A stretch of DNA of 64,000 nucleotides, from positions 3,720,001 to 3,784,000 of the forward strand of contig CM038998.1 of assembly GCA_017499595.2 (NCBI GenBank). The letters run 5' to 3'. Of this stretch, positions 1-11,357 are shown piece by piece (the first letter of the stretch is position 1; the number at the start of each line of letters is the position of its first letter). Source of the stretch: Psilocybe cubensis. Lineage: Eukaryota. The translations under genes were made by a program, and so were the position numbers. Below the pieces are notes generated by a model. That model did no database searches and was not told the DNA's origin. It was given only the letters and a program-made list of their open reading frames with translations.

Positions 1-809
1 GTTGGGGCTTTAAGGAAGGGAGAAGAGGAGGAGGAGGAAAGAGACTTGGTAAAGGCCTCACTCTGTCTCCACTGCCTATCTAGCCTAGTACTCCATTTAA
101 TCCATCCATCCAAGGTTTTGGGCATGTCAGGAACATAGTAGACTGCATTCCTGAGATTTTCATTTAGCCCAGCCTTGAATTGATCTACCAAAGCAGCATC
201 ATTATACCCAGTATCTGAGATCAGAGCCCTGAAGCTAGCAACATACTCATCAGCAGTCTGTCTGCCTTGCTTGAGCATGTGCATTTTATGCTTAGCTGTG
301 TTGGAGGGGTCTGGATCTGCAAACACTTCCCTAAATTCATAAACAAAGTCAGCCCAAAGACCTTCTTGGGACTGAGCATTGTCTATTACTTTAGTCTTCT
401 CATATGCCCACTTCCCAGCAGTACCTCCTTTCATATGAGATAGAGCACAAATAACTTTCTGAAAGTCATCTGTAATCCCTTTCCCATAGAAATATAATTT
501 AAGCTGACTGAGGAAGTTTTCTGCCTTTTCCATAGAACCATCAAATGGATCTGGAGGTGAGACTTTAATGGCAGAGTGTGAACAGGAAGGGGCAACATGA
601 GGGGTAGGGAAAGAGTGAATATCTAGAGCAGCAGGTGGTGGTGGTGGTGGTGGTGATGGTGACTGACTGACTGGTTGCTGAGGGTATGGTGGAGTGGATA
701 ATGACTGCTGCTGCTGTCTAAGAAAATTCAACTCTTGGGTAAGGAGCTGGACCTGATGCATGAGCTCTTCCACAGAAGGAGTGGTGGGAGGCAATTGGGA
801 GGGGTCCAT
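1..809 (-). CDS. Ty3/gypsy retrotransposon Gag (runs off the left edge of the window)
   Basis: Manual translation from ATG at 809 is open for 269 codons to the edge: MDPSQLPP...KVSPPDPFDGSMEKAENFLSQLKLYF...ALSHMKGGTAGKWA...LKQGRQTADEYVASFR...FKAGL. These are typical fungal gypsy Gag motifs. Confidence 0.9.
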   Translation of the reverse strand, partial: MDPSQLPPTTPSVEELMHQVQLLTQELNFLRQQQQSLSTPPYPQQPVSQSPSPPPPPPPAALDIHSFPTPHVAPSCSHSAIKVSPPDPFDGSMEKAENFLSQLKLYFYGKGITDDFQKVICALSHMKGGTAGKWAYEKTKVIDNAQSQEGLWADFVYEFREVFADPDPSNTAKHKMHMLKQGRQTADEYVASFRALISDTGYNDAALVDQFKAGLNENLRNAVYYVPDMPKTLDGWIKWSTRLDRQWRQSEAFTKSLSSSSSSPFLKAP

Positions 810-1306
810 GTCTATGGGTAGGGGTAGGTAGACTCTCTGATGTGTGTGTGGGAGAAGCTATCTACTGAAAGTGCCCTTGAAACTATACTAAGTATTCTAA
901 AAAAATATCTATCTACTGGATATCCAGTTGTCACACCACTCAGGGCTCTAAACCTAGGATCACAGGGTTGCTGGATATTTCCTAGACCACCAAAAACAGA
1001 ACACTAGTAGGACTGTGTCTGCCCCAATAGTTGGTATCCCTATCTACTAAGCTCACACACAGCACACAACAGAGAGTAGGAAAGATGATAAGCCAAAGGT
1101 CTTGAGGAAAGGTCTTGAGGAAAGGTTTTGAGGAGGATGTTGAAGATTGGTGGAGATGTAGAGATTGGTAAGAAGATTGGTGAAGAGGTTGATGAAGAGG
1201 TTGGTGGGTTGGAAGTGGAGGAAGAAGGTTGAGGTAATGGTGTTGAAGAGGTTGAAGAGGTGAAGAGTTTGGTGTTGAAAGAGAGATGGTGGAGTTGTCT
1301 TGAGAG

Positions 1307-1317
1307 AGCTTCAATCT
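1307..1317 (-). promoter_or_regulatory. Self-priming primer-binding site (Tf1/sushi type)
   Basis: Minus-strand AGATTGAAGCT lies 2 nt inside the LTR end. It is exactly complementary to AGCTTCAATCT in the LTR (1483-1493), which begins ~27 nt downstream of the TATA box. Confidence 0.8.
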
Positions 1318-1319
1318 TC

Positions 1320-1768
1320 TGTCAGGGCAACACTATAATCAGTGTGACAAGGCCACCAACAAAGATTAAGCAAGAGAGAGAGAGAGAGAGCAGAGGGAGA
1401 GTAAGAGAGCAAGAGAGAATAAGAGAGTGAGAGAGATTCAATGGTTCTAAGAGATCACACCAATGATAGTGGATATCCTAAGAGATTGAAGCTGAAGCTA
1501 CAGCTACCTACAAGTCCAGTATTTATACTCTACAGCTATTCTAGAATATTCCCTACATTACATCATAAAGGAAGGTTAAAGAATAAAAGTGACATCATAT
1601 AGAAAAAGGATGAGTAAGACTAGGAATCATATAGAATTTACTAGAAAGAAGTGGAGCAAGAAGGCTGTGATGAAAGAAATAAACTATCTAATCAGATAAT
1701 TGATAAGATAATGAAAGGATAAGATAATTCTGTGAAGATAAAGAGGGGAAACTGGAGAAACCCTGACA
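1320..1768 (-). mobile_element. 5' LTR of the Ty3/gypsy element (449 bp)
   Basis: Bounded by the inverted termini TGTCAGGG (1320-1327) and CCCTGACA (1761-1768). It contains a minus-strand TATAAATA at 1520-1527 and lies upstream of gag. Confidence 0.85.
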
Positions 1769-2642
1769 TGTACAGTACAAAAGGAATTTTGAGACTCGAG
1801 AATTATGGATCCATCAAGAACCATACATTGCAAATGTTCTCGATGAGTATAATCTTCTCAATTGCAGCACTGTTTCTACTCCAATCGACACTACCTATCC
1901 TTTTGGCTGTGACACCAACACATTTCTAGAAATTCCCAACATCAAATTTACTTTCCAACATCTCATTGGTTCTCTTTTATTCATTCAATGACACTTGCGG
2001 CTGGATATCTCAATTGCTATCCTGCTACTCTCACAGCATGCTTCTGACCCTCAACCTTGATACTATGCTACTGCAAAGTGTGTTCTACACTATCTAAGTA
2101 GCACTTGCAATTATCGTTTGCACTATGGCGGCAACAAAAAATTGGAAGTCTTGCAAGGATACTCCGACGCAGACTGGGCCGGGAATAAAAAGTCGTGTGC
2201 ATCTGTATTGGGTTTTCTCTGGATGGTGGCTGGAGGCCCTTTGAGCTGGTTGGCCAAAACACAAATGTGCATCTCTACGAGTTCCACTGAATCCAAATAT
2301 ATTGCACTAACCCGCACCGTGCAAGAAGGCCTGTGATTGAGCTCTTTTCTATCCCATCTCTACATTTGCTGCCCACATCCTCTTATTGTTGCAACCAACA
2401 ACGAGGGGGCCAAATCACTATGTAAGAATGATTCCTCTTATTTGAAAGTGAAACACATAAATATCCGTTACCATTTTATCTGCTCTCATATTGAAAACAA
2501 AATCTTTGTCATCTTCCACATTCCTAGAAAGGACAACCCTGCCGACATCCTTACCAAACCTTTACAACACGTCAAATTTGTTGAAGCAGTTGAGCATCTT
2601 GGACTAATTGCGCCCAAAGTTGTTACAAAGGCAAAGCGTTGA
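1769..2642 (+). pseudogene. Decayed Ty1/copia pol 3' end (RT C-terminus and RNase H)
   Basis: Copia RNase H motifs LQGYSDADWAG, STSSTESKY, KHINIRYHFI and DNPADILTKPL. Interrupted by a stop at 2334-2336. Confidence 0.9.
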
Positions 2643-2906
2643 GGGGGTGTGTTGGTATATTGATAAGCCGTGTTGCGCTATGAGCGCATGCGCACAAGTG
2701 CACGTTCCCACGACTGCGCGTTCCCACGATATGCCGCGCGCGGCATCAATCATCGGCCTTTACCCATGAACTTCAACATCCACAACATCCTCCTCCCCTC
2801 GTCAACCAGATCGCCCTCCACCGACATTATTACTATTAGGCACCTTCAGCTTTACCCCCTATTGCGCGCAACATGCCCTCGATCAAGCCTCGTGGAGTAG
2901 TCAACA
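2641..2906 (+). mobile_element. Copia polypurine tract and 3' LTR
   Basis: GAGGGGGTG (2641-2649) sits at the pol stop, followed by TGTTG...CAACA termini at 2650-2906. Confidence 0.75.
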
Positions 2907-4574
2907 TGTTTCCCACGTTTTGGCACATTCCCACACTTAGGCCGTTGTGATTGATTTGGTGAAAATGCGCAAATTAGAGCGCTTCTTCCCGCCTCATGTC
3001 TCAAAAACAACTCCTATTCCACTTATTCTCACACATTCAATAGCTTTCTATTCCCCCTATTCTAAATTAGGTGCAGAAGAATCTTGGTTCACAGATACTA
3101 GGCAAGTAGAGTAGCTTTTGGTCCCTTAGAATACCATTCCTCTCCAAGTAGCTCAATTTTGCAAAAATCACATCGATTTTACTGTGTTCCTCTGCGTTGT
3201 TTTGAATTGTGTTTTAGTCCACAGTATACTGCGTTCACTAGCATTGTTCCCCACCGTCCAATCCGTTTACACGTTATTCTTAACCTCTCAACAATTCAAC
3301 AGTCACCTGTGGTTAAGCAGTGAAACTCTTCACTTATACTAGACTTTTTTCTTTCTTGTACCTCAGCCTTTTTCCTCTTTCTGCTAAGGTACATTCATTT
3401 GCTTTATCATTGTTTTACAAAGGCTGATTTAACTTACAGACTGATTTGTATACCGTGTACTTAAGGTTCCTTCAAAATGCATCAACAACATCAAACTAAA
3501 CAAGCCGGCTGCATTAAATGTCCATACATCATCCACAACAAGAACCACACCATTGGTCACAACTTGGGGTCTTATCATTCGCCACTTCCATGAAGTTCTC
3601 AAGTCATCTTAAGACAATTGCGGGATGGGTAATGGTTTAGAAAGGCAGCATCAATGGCAGCAAGCAGCACCTAATGGGCAAGGAGGAGTGGTGGAAGGTG
3701 TGCTGTTTCTAGAACCAATAGCCGGAAACTCTGCAAATGCTGCTGCTGCCTCTGCCGCCATTGCAAAAAAGGTACATATCCCCCTTAATATCTTCATAGG
3801 ATTGTAAAATCATTTCATGATATATTTCTAGGCTGTAAATTGGCAATTTATAGTGTTTCTGGAATGCTCTGTGCCTAATGTTACTGAAGTTTCAAATGCT
3901 AGAGTGACACAAGCTCACTCACTACAGATATTGGATTATGGAGTTGTTGTGATACCAGCTGGAATTATGATTAGACAAGATATGTCATTGATGAGCTATA
4001 TCTCTTGATTTAATATTGACTTTTTCATACACAATCATTGTCTGACACCTAGTCATTGCTCTCTACTCAAAGACTGCCGGGAAAAATAGGAAGCATAGTG
4101 CAGTTACCGAGTCATCCAACATTGCAGCTATCTTATACATAGCTGTGCAGCTATTTTAACACAGTATGATACACCAGTTTTGCTCTGTCACTGACACCAT
4201 TGCCATTTTCCAAACCAAACAATTTCTCTTAATGCCTTCAATTCAGTTTCTTTCTGTTATCAAGTCAAGCTTGGGTCTTGTGCACATGGAACAAACCACC
4301 ACCTCCATCAAGTTGTTGTCTGCAGATTTTGGATGCTTTAGGGCATTTTGAGAAGGTACAGATGTGATTGTAAAGGCCCTCAAGAAATACAACAAGCATG
4401 CTACAGTTACATCACTTGATACAGCTGATTATTAGGAACTTGAGCACTACTCTGTTATTGACAACCTAATTCTATTGATTGCTAGTATACAATATGCAGT
4501 GCCTCTAATGATTATGGGCTGGTATTCATTGTTTAACGAACATACGCGCATTGTTGACATGATTCAAGCCTCGG

Positions 4575-4745
4575 ATGGGCAAAAAATTAGGCCAGGGTAT
4601 GTCATCCAGACAAAAATAGGCCAAAAATAGGCCAGGTACCAGAATTTTTTAGTTGTCCAGACAAAATCCGGAAATTTTTTGGAGGCCAGATCCAATCTGG
4701 ACAAAAATTGACAAAATCTGTCCGGACAAATTTGGCGTCGCGGGA
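4575..4745. repeat. Array of short motifs (GACAAAA, TAGGCCA), resembling a DNA-transposon subterminal region
   Basis: About five GACAAA(A) copies and three TAGGCCA copies within 170 bp, in a degenerate repeat zone. Confidence 0.45.
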
Positions 4746-5669
4746 TCTGGTAGACTCGAACCCAGTCTCTATAGGTGATAGCTAGCTTACACATGTGCAT
4801 CAACTAAATGTACAGTAAATTACAAAGCAATGCAAACTAATTCAATAATTTTTTAGCATTCAAAACCCAAACAATTTTTAGAGCCGGTTTACAATGTGAA
4901 GAAGAAATTCTGGGGATCAGCAAATTTAACCCTCAATTAGAAGCCGTATACCCCTGGCCCCGCGCAACCTTTAAATATAATGTACAATTGTTATATTGAT
5001 GTGACTAACAGGTACGTATGATTATCATCTACCCCTAAATGAAAACTTCAAAAGAATATGTTAGTATTTGCGATGTCAAAGGTGAGGAATGGTCAAGGAT
5101 CAACACCGGAGGGCGGGGAAGGACAATGGGGTACAAGCTTGCAGGGTCCAGGCCAACCTTTTTAACCAACCTTGATTGTCCGCTTTGGTGTACATTTTGT
5201 AAGCAAAAGGAACTTGTTAATGGTTGCATATAGGTGTGCATGGAACCATACCTGACTGAATTCAGACACCATAGGGCTTACAATCTAAGGAACAGTGTAG
5301 GTACCAATTCCAGCCTAGTTGATCATGGATGAGAAATCAGTTGGCAAGATACTATAAAGAAAATCATGCCTGGAATCAAGAGGAATGAGTGACGGTGGGA
5401 GTTGGATGGATAGCGGAGGTGGTGGTACAAGCAAGGGTACGACAAAATAGATGCGTATTGTGTGGGGAGCCGGCGGGACAGGCGATGGCGACGAGCGGCA
5501 TATGTTGGGGTTGGGTGGGTACGACGAGGACACGACGAAGGAGGAACAGGGCGACGGAAACAGGGGCAGGGGACAGAGGCATCAAAAAAAACAGACACAA
5601 ACAAGAGACAGAGGAGGAACAAAAACAAACGCAAGAAATCAAAAAAAAACAATAAGAGTCATGGACTTA

Positions 5670-6790
5670 CAAGCTGCTCACGCAGCAGTCCGACTCGCAT
5701 TTCTTGCGAGCGTCGCACCGACTCTCTGCGCCTGGATACTGCTGAATCGCTGGAGTTCTTCGGGCTTCATCGAGATCTTCTGTCCAAAGCCAACCTTGCG
5801 CGACGCGCACTTGATGACTCACGACACACGGTTCGAGTACAGACTCTCGTGGATTGACACTGTGCGGGATTGGGTGTGGGTCATGGGTACACCTGCTATG
5901 CCTCCTGTGCGACCTTGGCCTCGTGGCGCTGGCGCAGGCGTTTGATGACAGTCGCCTTCATCACAAACTTGATCCAGTCGAGAGGAATGAACCAAATGAT
6001 GATTTAAGCAAAAAATAGTCCAGATCAACATTCTGCAGCAACAAAGGCAAAAAAAAAAACAAAATACATACCCAGACCCAGACAATACCAATCCATCCAC
6101 CGCTGATAGCCCTAATAATAGTGAACCCCCAGTCGCCGTAGGCAGCAATGATCGACGAGATCAGCTGGGCAATGCAGAACGCAACCATGAGCATAGTCAA
6201 AGGGCGCTCCATGAAGAAGAACAAGTGGAAACGGGTGACAAAGATGAGCGCCTGCGAGATGATGGCGACCTGGAGGTAGATAACCATGTGCAGTTGAGGG
6301 TTGTTGGAGGCGATGGGGAAGTTGGTGTCGAGGCGCACGCCGAAGGTGTCCTGAAAGAAGGTGGTCTCCTTGATGATGCAGACGAGGGCGATGCTAGAGA
6401 GGAAAATTAAATTGTCAGTATGATTCGCTAGAGAAAAGAAAGAAAAGGACATATGTAAAAGCCGTTACCCTCAGCCTCAAAGTCGTCGCCGTCAACCTCC
6501 TCGTAAGCAACAGCGAGCGTACGCAGACCACGGGCGGCGTACTCCTCGACGTCCTTCTCGAGATGGTTCTCAATCTTCTCGGTCTTGTTGCGCGAGCAGA
6601 GTTCGATGATGATACCAGTCATACCCTTGGTGACATGCTTGAGCTTGCCAGTAGCCTCCTCGCGGTAGGTGATCTCTGTGCGCTTGTCAATGGGGTTGAA
6701 AGGTTTGAAGTTGAGGAGCTTGATGCCAGCACGGGCGCGCAAGGGGTCACCAATAATACGGGTGACGATGGCCTTGTACTTTGCGAGCTC
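5670..6790 (-). pseudogene. PMA1: Plasma-membrane H+-ATPase (PMA1-like) pseudogene with large internal deletions
   Basis: P3A-ATPase segments LAKYKAIVTRI, FKPFNPIDKRTE, ARGLRTLAVA, YLQVAIISQALIFVTR, GWIGIVWVW and the C-terminal SIHESLYSNRVS are present. The N-terminus, the DKTGT motif and the central region are missing. Introns are retained. Confidence 0.9.
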
Positions 6791-8960
6791 GGCGGTAGCT
6801 GTAGCGGAAACCGGCATAGAGGGTGAAAATTTCAGCAAGAACGAAGATACCGATGGTAATAAGCACAATAACATACCTGGCGGGTCTCCCATTTCATGGG
6901 TCTCCCCTCGTCATTGGTCCTTCTCCAACCTCCTTAGTGTTGGTTCCAACTGTTTATACAAACTTACATAATACTGGTTTGTACTTGGAGACGTTCAAAA
7001 ACAGATTTAGACAGATATCGGAGCTTGAAAATAAAATCAAGTGGAGCCTGAACTCACTTGAAGTCCCGTTGCAAGCAAATGATCACGTCCACTTTGTTTA
7101 CTTTCTTCCAACCACCACCATCCTCTGCCCACGGATATACCTGGGGGCAAGGTACGTGTATTCATTGTGATGTCTCCTTCTCAAACTAACATCATACAGA
7201 CCTTCCTTTAACCAAATCAAGGTAGTAGATCATACTTTTTTAGTGAGTAATAGATGATTCTCACTTGGTGCTCATCAGTACTCACCACATACTAGGACCA
7301 ACTATTTTAAACACTTGGATGAAGGGTCAGTATTTTAGTCTCTATTTAGTGTGCTTTACACTGCTAACATTACTTGTGAAAGGTCCCAGACACCCAAACA
7401 CTTGGATACAGACTTGAAAGCATGTACATGTAAGTATATGCGCTTTTTATTGGTTTTTGATTCATCTTTTGATGCATATATCTTGGTCCTCCATTGCCCA
7501 TACCACTTCAGCTGTTCCGAATGCTTGAAGCTGCCTTTTCCCATGCGTCTTCACCATTCACACCTTCTTTGTGTCATTAAGTGTAGAAATTGTCAGCTTC
7601 AGGTTCTATTTTGGTGTTGAGGGTCCGGAGCCGTGCAGGCTAGCATGCGGGTTCAATGTGTCTTATATAGTTGTACTATTTTTATGAATAAATAATCTAT
7701 TTTTCATTATGATTTTTGTGTGCTCCAAAAGGCATTACAATTGCAATACCCAGAAATATTGTAAACCTCAAATTAATTTATTCACACTGTAATATTTCCG
7801 GTTTCTTACAACATTTCAAGAGCGTTGTAACGCAGTGCAAGAATTTTGAAGGAAAAAATATTTTATTGGGTTTGTAATGGTTTGTAATCTACCCGCACTT
7901 TTTATGATGTGGCCTTTGAGTATTAGTCAGTTTAAATTATGTGATGAAATTTATCTGGATATACTAGGAGGGACAGGCACCAGCTATTTCACCTATATAG
8001 ACTGGTACAGTTTAGCCGTGAGCGAGTACATGAGAATGATTCTTGGCACTTTTTCAATAAAAATGGTAATAAAAGTCTCACGTGAGATTTACCATGTGAT
8101 ACCAAACCTGCGCGTATCGCCCGTTGCGTCTGTGTTGAATGACGCACGACTGATTGAAAGACTCTCTTCAACTATGTCATACACAACTTGCACACCTCGC
8201 AAATGTACAAACGACGAAAACAAAACACTGTTACGGCGCCCTGCTTCCACGATTATCTTTTGCCAGCCAAAACTGACACCCAGTCAAACCACGCCGTCAA
8301 GAGAGCAAAGGTCTTTTGCAAAGTATTTTCCATGAGAGATCACTAAGAATGTTCAAAAGAGCTTCATCTGCTTTGTACTGTTGAACCTTTGAAGAAATAG
8401 GCATTTTGAAGATGGAGTAAGAAAAATTGAGATTTGAAACATAGTTACACTAATGTTTTTGTACACATATTGGCTGACCAGTCTCAATTCAAATCATCCG
8501 GCCTGGTAAAAATACTGCATAGATTACTTTTCCAAAGTCATTCTGTTCTTTACAACTCAATACTATTAAACAGAGTAGGGGTGTTAATTAACGACGCGTC
8601 GACGCCAAGGTAGTATAAATGATGGTGTTTGGCCAAGGCCTTGCACGTGCACCTTTTATTCCCTATTTCAGCCAAAATGTGCCAAGGCTCGCTCTCATGT
8701 ACTGCCTTACGGTTAAACCCCACCAGACTATCTACGGAGTATACCGTGTGAAACCTGGTATATCCGGATTGTCTGGAGTCGAGACTAGGGATCTGGCCTA
8801 TTCTCCCATAACCGGGGATCCTGTTACCGAATGGGGCCTTAGCATTTTTGTCCGGCGTGTCAGTGGCGCGGCAGGCCGGCAGGGTCACGTGTGGCTTAGG
8901 ATTTGTTGGACGGTTTGCGTTCAGTGCGATCTCAGCTTCCTATTCAAAATCAGCGCTGCA

Positions 8961-10979
8961 ATGCCACAAACACCAAATCTTTCAGGTCCGCCTTCACCAG
9001 CCAAACAGGTATCAGGCCTTCCTCAGTATTCATCTCCCTATTATCGCGACATTCATATGGACACCGCCAAAGGCACCATGCAGGGCTATAACGACATCTA
9101 CATGGCTACGGCGAAAGGTGGTCACCTCGTCGATGACATTCGAATGGAAACAGCTAGAGGTGGTTCGACATTAAAACCACAGGGCGGGTTCCAAGTTTGG
9201 GAAAGGGAACTGCTGGAAAGCAGCGAGGTGAAGAGAAAGGCAACAGTTGCGCAACTTTGCAAGTATAGTCCGAGGAGTCGATTTATGATCCCCTTTTGAC
9301 ACATCTACCCTTTGATCAACGTAGATTTTCTTGATTATTACTTCCAGACGCTAGGTTACATTGCAGCACGCAAAGATCGCCGCGCTAAGTTCGACAAGGA
9401 TACCGCGTCGCGAAATCTGAAAGGCCCAGAGTACCAAAAGGAATTCAAGTCATACTGTGGACGTGAACGCGTCATTCTACGACGGCGGCGGACAAAACTT
9501 AGAGTCGACCAGTTCCATATCATCGCGCAAGTCGGACAGGGTGGATATGGCGAAGTGTTTTTGGCACGGAAGCAGGAATCAGGGGAAGTGTGCGCGCTCA
9601 AGAAGATGAGAAAGCGGACGCTGTTTAAAATGGATGAGGTGAGTAATGCGACAATACTCATCGATGCTACTGTAATACGCATTTCAATAATTAGATCCGA
9701 CACGTCCTCGTTGAGCGCGATATCCTCACTGCGACCAAAACGCCTTGGCTTGTCCGCCTCCTATATGCATTCCAAGATCCAGAATACGTCTATCTCGCCA
9801 TGGAGTACGTCCCCGGTGGAGACTTCCGTACGCTTCTAAACAATTCTGGGGTCCTGAAAGAAGAACACGCGCGATTTTACATCAGCGAAATGTTCGCTGC
9901 TGTCAATGAATTGCATAAGCTTGGATACATTCATCGTGATCTGAAACCTGAGGTATGTATTCGTACTGTACATCTCAGTCGGGAACGCTGATATAATGTT
10001 GGCAAAGAACTTCCTTGTGGACGGCTCTGGTCATGTAAAACTTACAGATTTCGGACTGGCGACAGGAGCCCTGAACCCAAAGCGAATTGAATCGCTGAAA
10101 GTCAAAGTCCGTTCCATCATATTCCACTGGAAAGAAGTGCCTGACTCAAATTAAATTATGACTATAGCTTGACAAAGTCAAAGACAATCAAGTAATACAC
10201 CGCTCGACCATTGAGCGACGATCCATCTACCGCTCCATCCGTAATGAAGATCCCCGCTATGCAGACTCCATCGTCGGATCCCCAGATTACATGGTAAGAT
10301 CCTCCCTTTCATTATACCGTTTAAAACTCACATCCATCCTTCGTACAGGCTCCCGAGGTCCTGCGCGGAAAACCGTACACCTACTCTGTCGACTATTGGT
10401 CCCTCGGTTGCATTTTTTTCGAGTTCCTTGCTGGATTCCCCCCATTCAGTGGCAGCACCCCCGAAGAAACGTGGACGAACCTCAAAAACTGGACCAAAGT
10501 ACTACGTCGGCCTGAATACGACAAACCCGAGGACCTTATTTTCAATCTGACCGATGTTGCATGGGACGCTGTCACAAGGTCAATATTCTCTAATCCGCTC
10601 TCCACATACTCATCCATGCATGCAACACAGGTTGATCGCACACTCCAGTATTAGGTACGCAACGATGGACCAAGTAACCGCCCACCCTTTCTTCCAAAAC
10701 GTCAAATGGGAAGATCTACGTTCCGTACGGGCCCCCTTTGTCCCCGCCCTCGATTCCGAGATCGACACAGGCTACTACGATGATTTCACCTCTCCAGAAG
10801 ACATGGCTAAATATGCCGAGGTCAAGGAAAAGCAACAGAATGTCGACAAGGTCAAGGAGAAAGAAGAGCCATTCGGACGAGGTGTGTGGGTTGGGTTTAC
10901 ATTTGGTAAAAATGGGCCTGGCGCGAAAGCGGTTGCACAGGGAGGCTACGAGGATGGTGCTCTGGCGACCATCTTCTAG
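8961..10979 (+). CDS. DBF2: AGC/NDR Ser/Thr kinase, Dbf2/Sid2-like (multi-exon)
   Basis: FLDYY N-terminal regulatory region, [34 protein letters not shown] and a C-terminal GFTF hydrophobic motif. Joined by GT-AG introns. Confidence 0.92.
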
Positions 10980-11357
10980 TGTTGTCTCTCATGCACCCTG
11001 TCTTTCTTGTTGTATCCACTCCAACATTCCAACATAAACCCGACCCTCTACCCCATCCATCAACTGCAACCAGATCATATACACATCGGTAACATGACCA
11101 CCTCTTCGCTATCGTTGTTTTCATAACCCATGTCATTATCACCTAATACCCTACGATCGCATTTGTACAAAATACCAGCTTTTTGGAAATGAACTGTATA
11201 CCTTTGATATCCTGTGTGTATCCTTTTGAATCTTATAGTGTCATTATTTTTGCAGATAACCCACAGTATATCATCCAAGTAAAAATGACCTAATAAATTC
11301 AAATATCTATAAAGTAGAATATAATGACTGCTTCCTATGCAGCACTGTAGAGCCTGG

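Noticed and set aside
982-1314. 110-aa ORF in the gypsy leader
   Set aside because: It is a low-complexity repeat in the untranslated leader and has no ATG start.
2910-4500. Specific transposase call for the degenerate region (also 6900-8600)
   Set aside because: It looks like decayed repeat DNA, but I found no diagnostic motif or termini.
4740-4815. Functional tRNA gene
   Set aside because: A B-box-like motif is present, but I could not form a convincing cloverleaf or acceptor stem.
5315-5945. Several overlapping ORFs near the ATPase pseudogene
   Set aside because: They are antisense or UTR-derived shadows of the PMA1 fragment.
8619-8960. N-terminal extension of the Dbf2 ORF
   Set aside because: The sequence is promoter-like; the ATG at 8961 (MPQTP) is the more plausible start.
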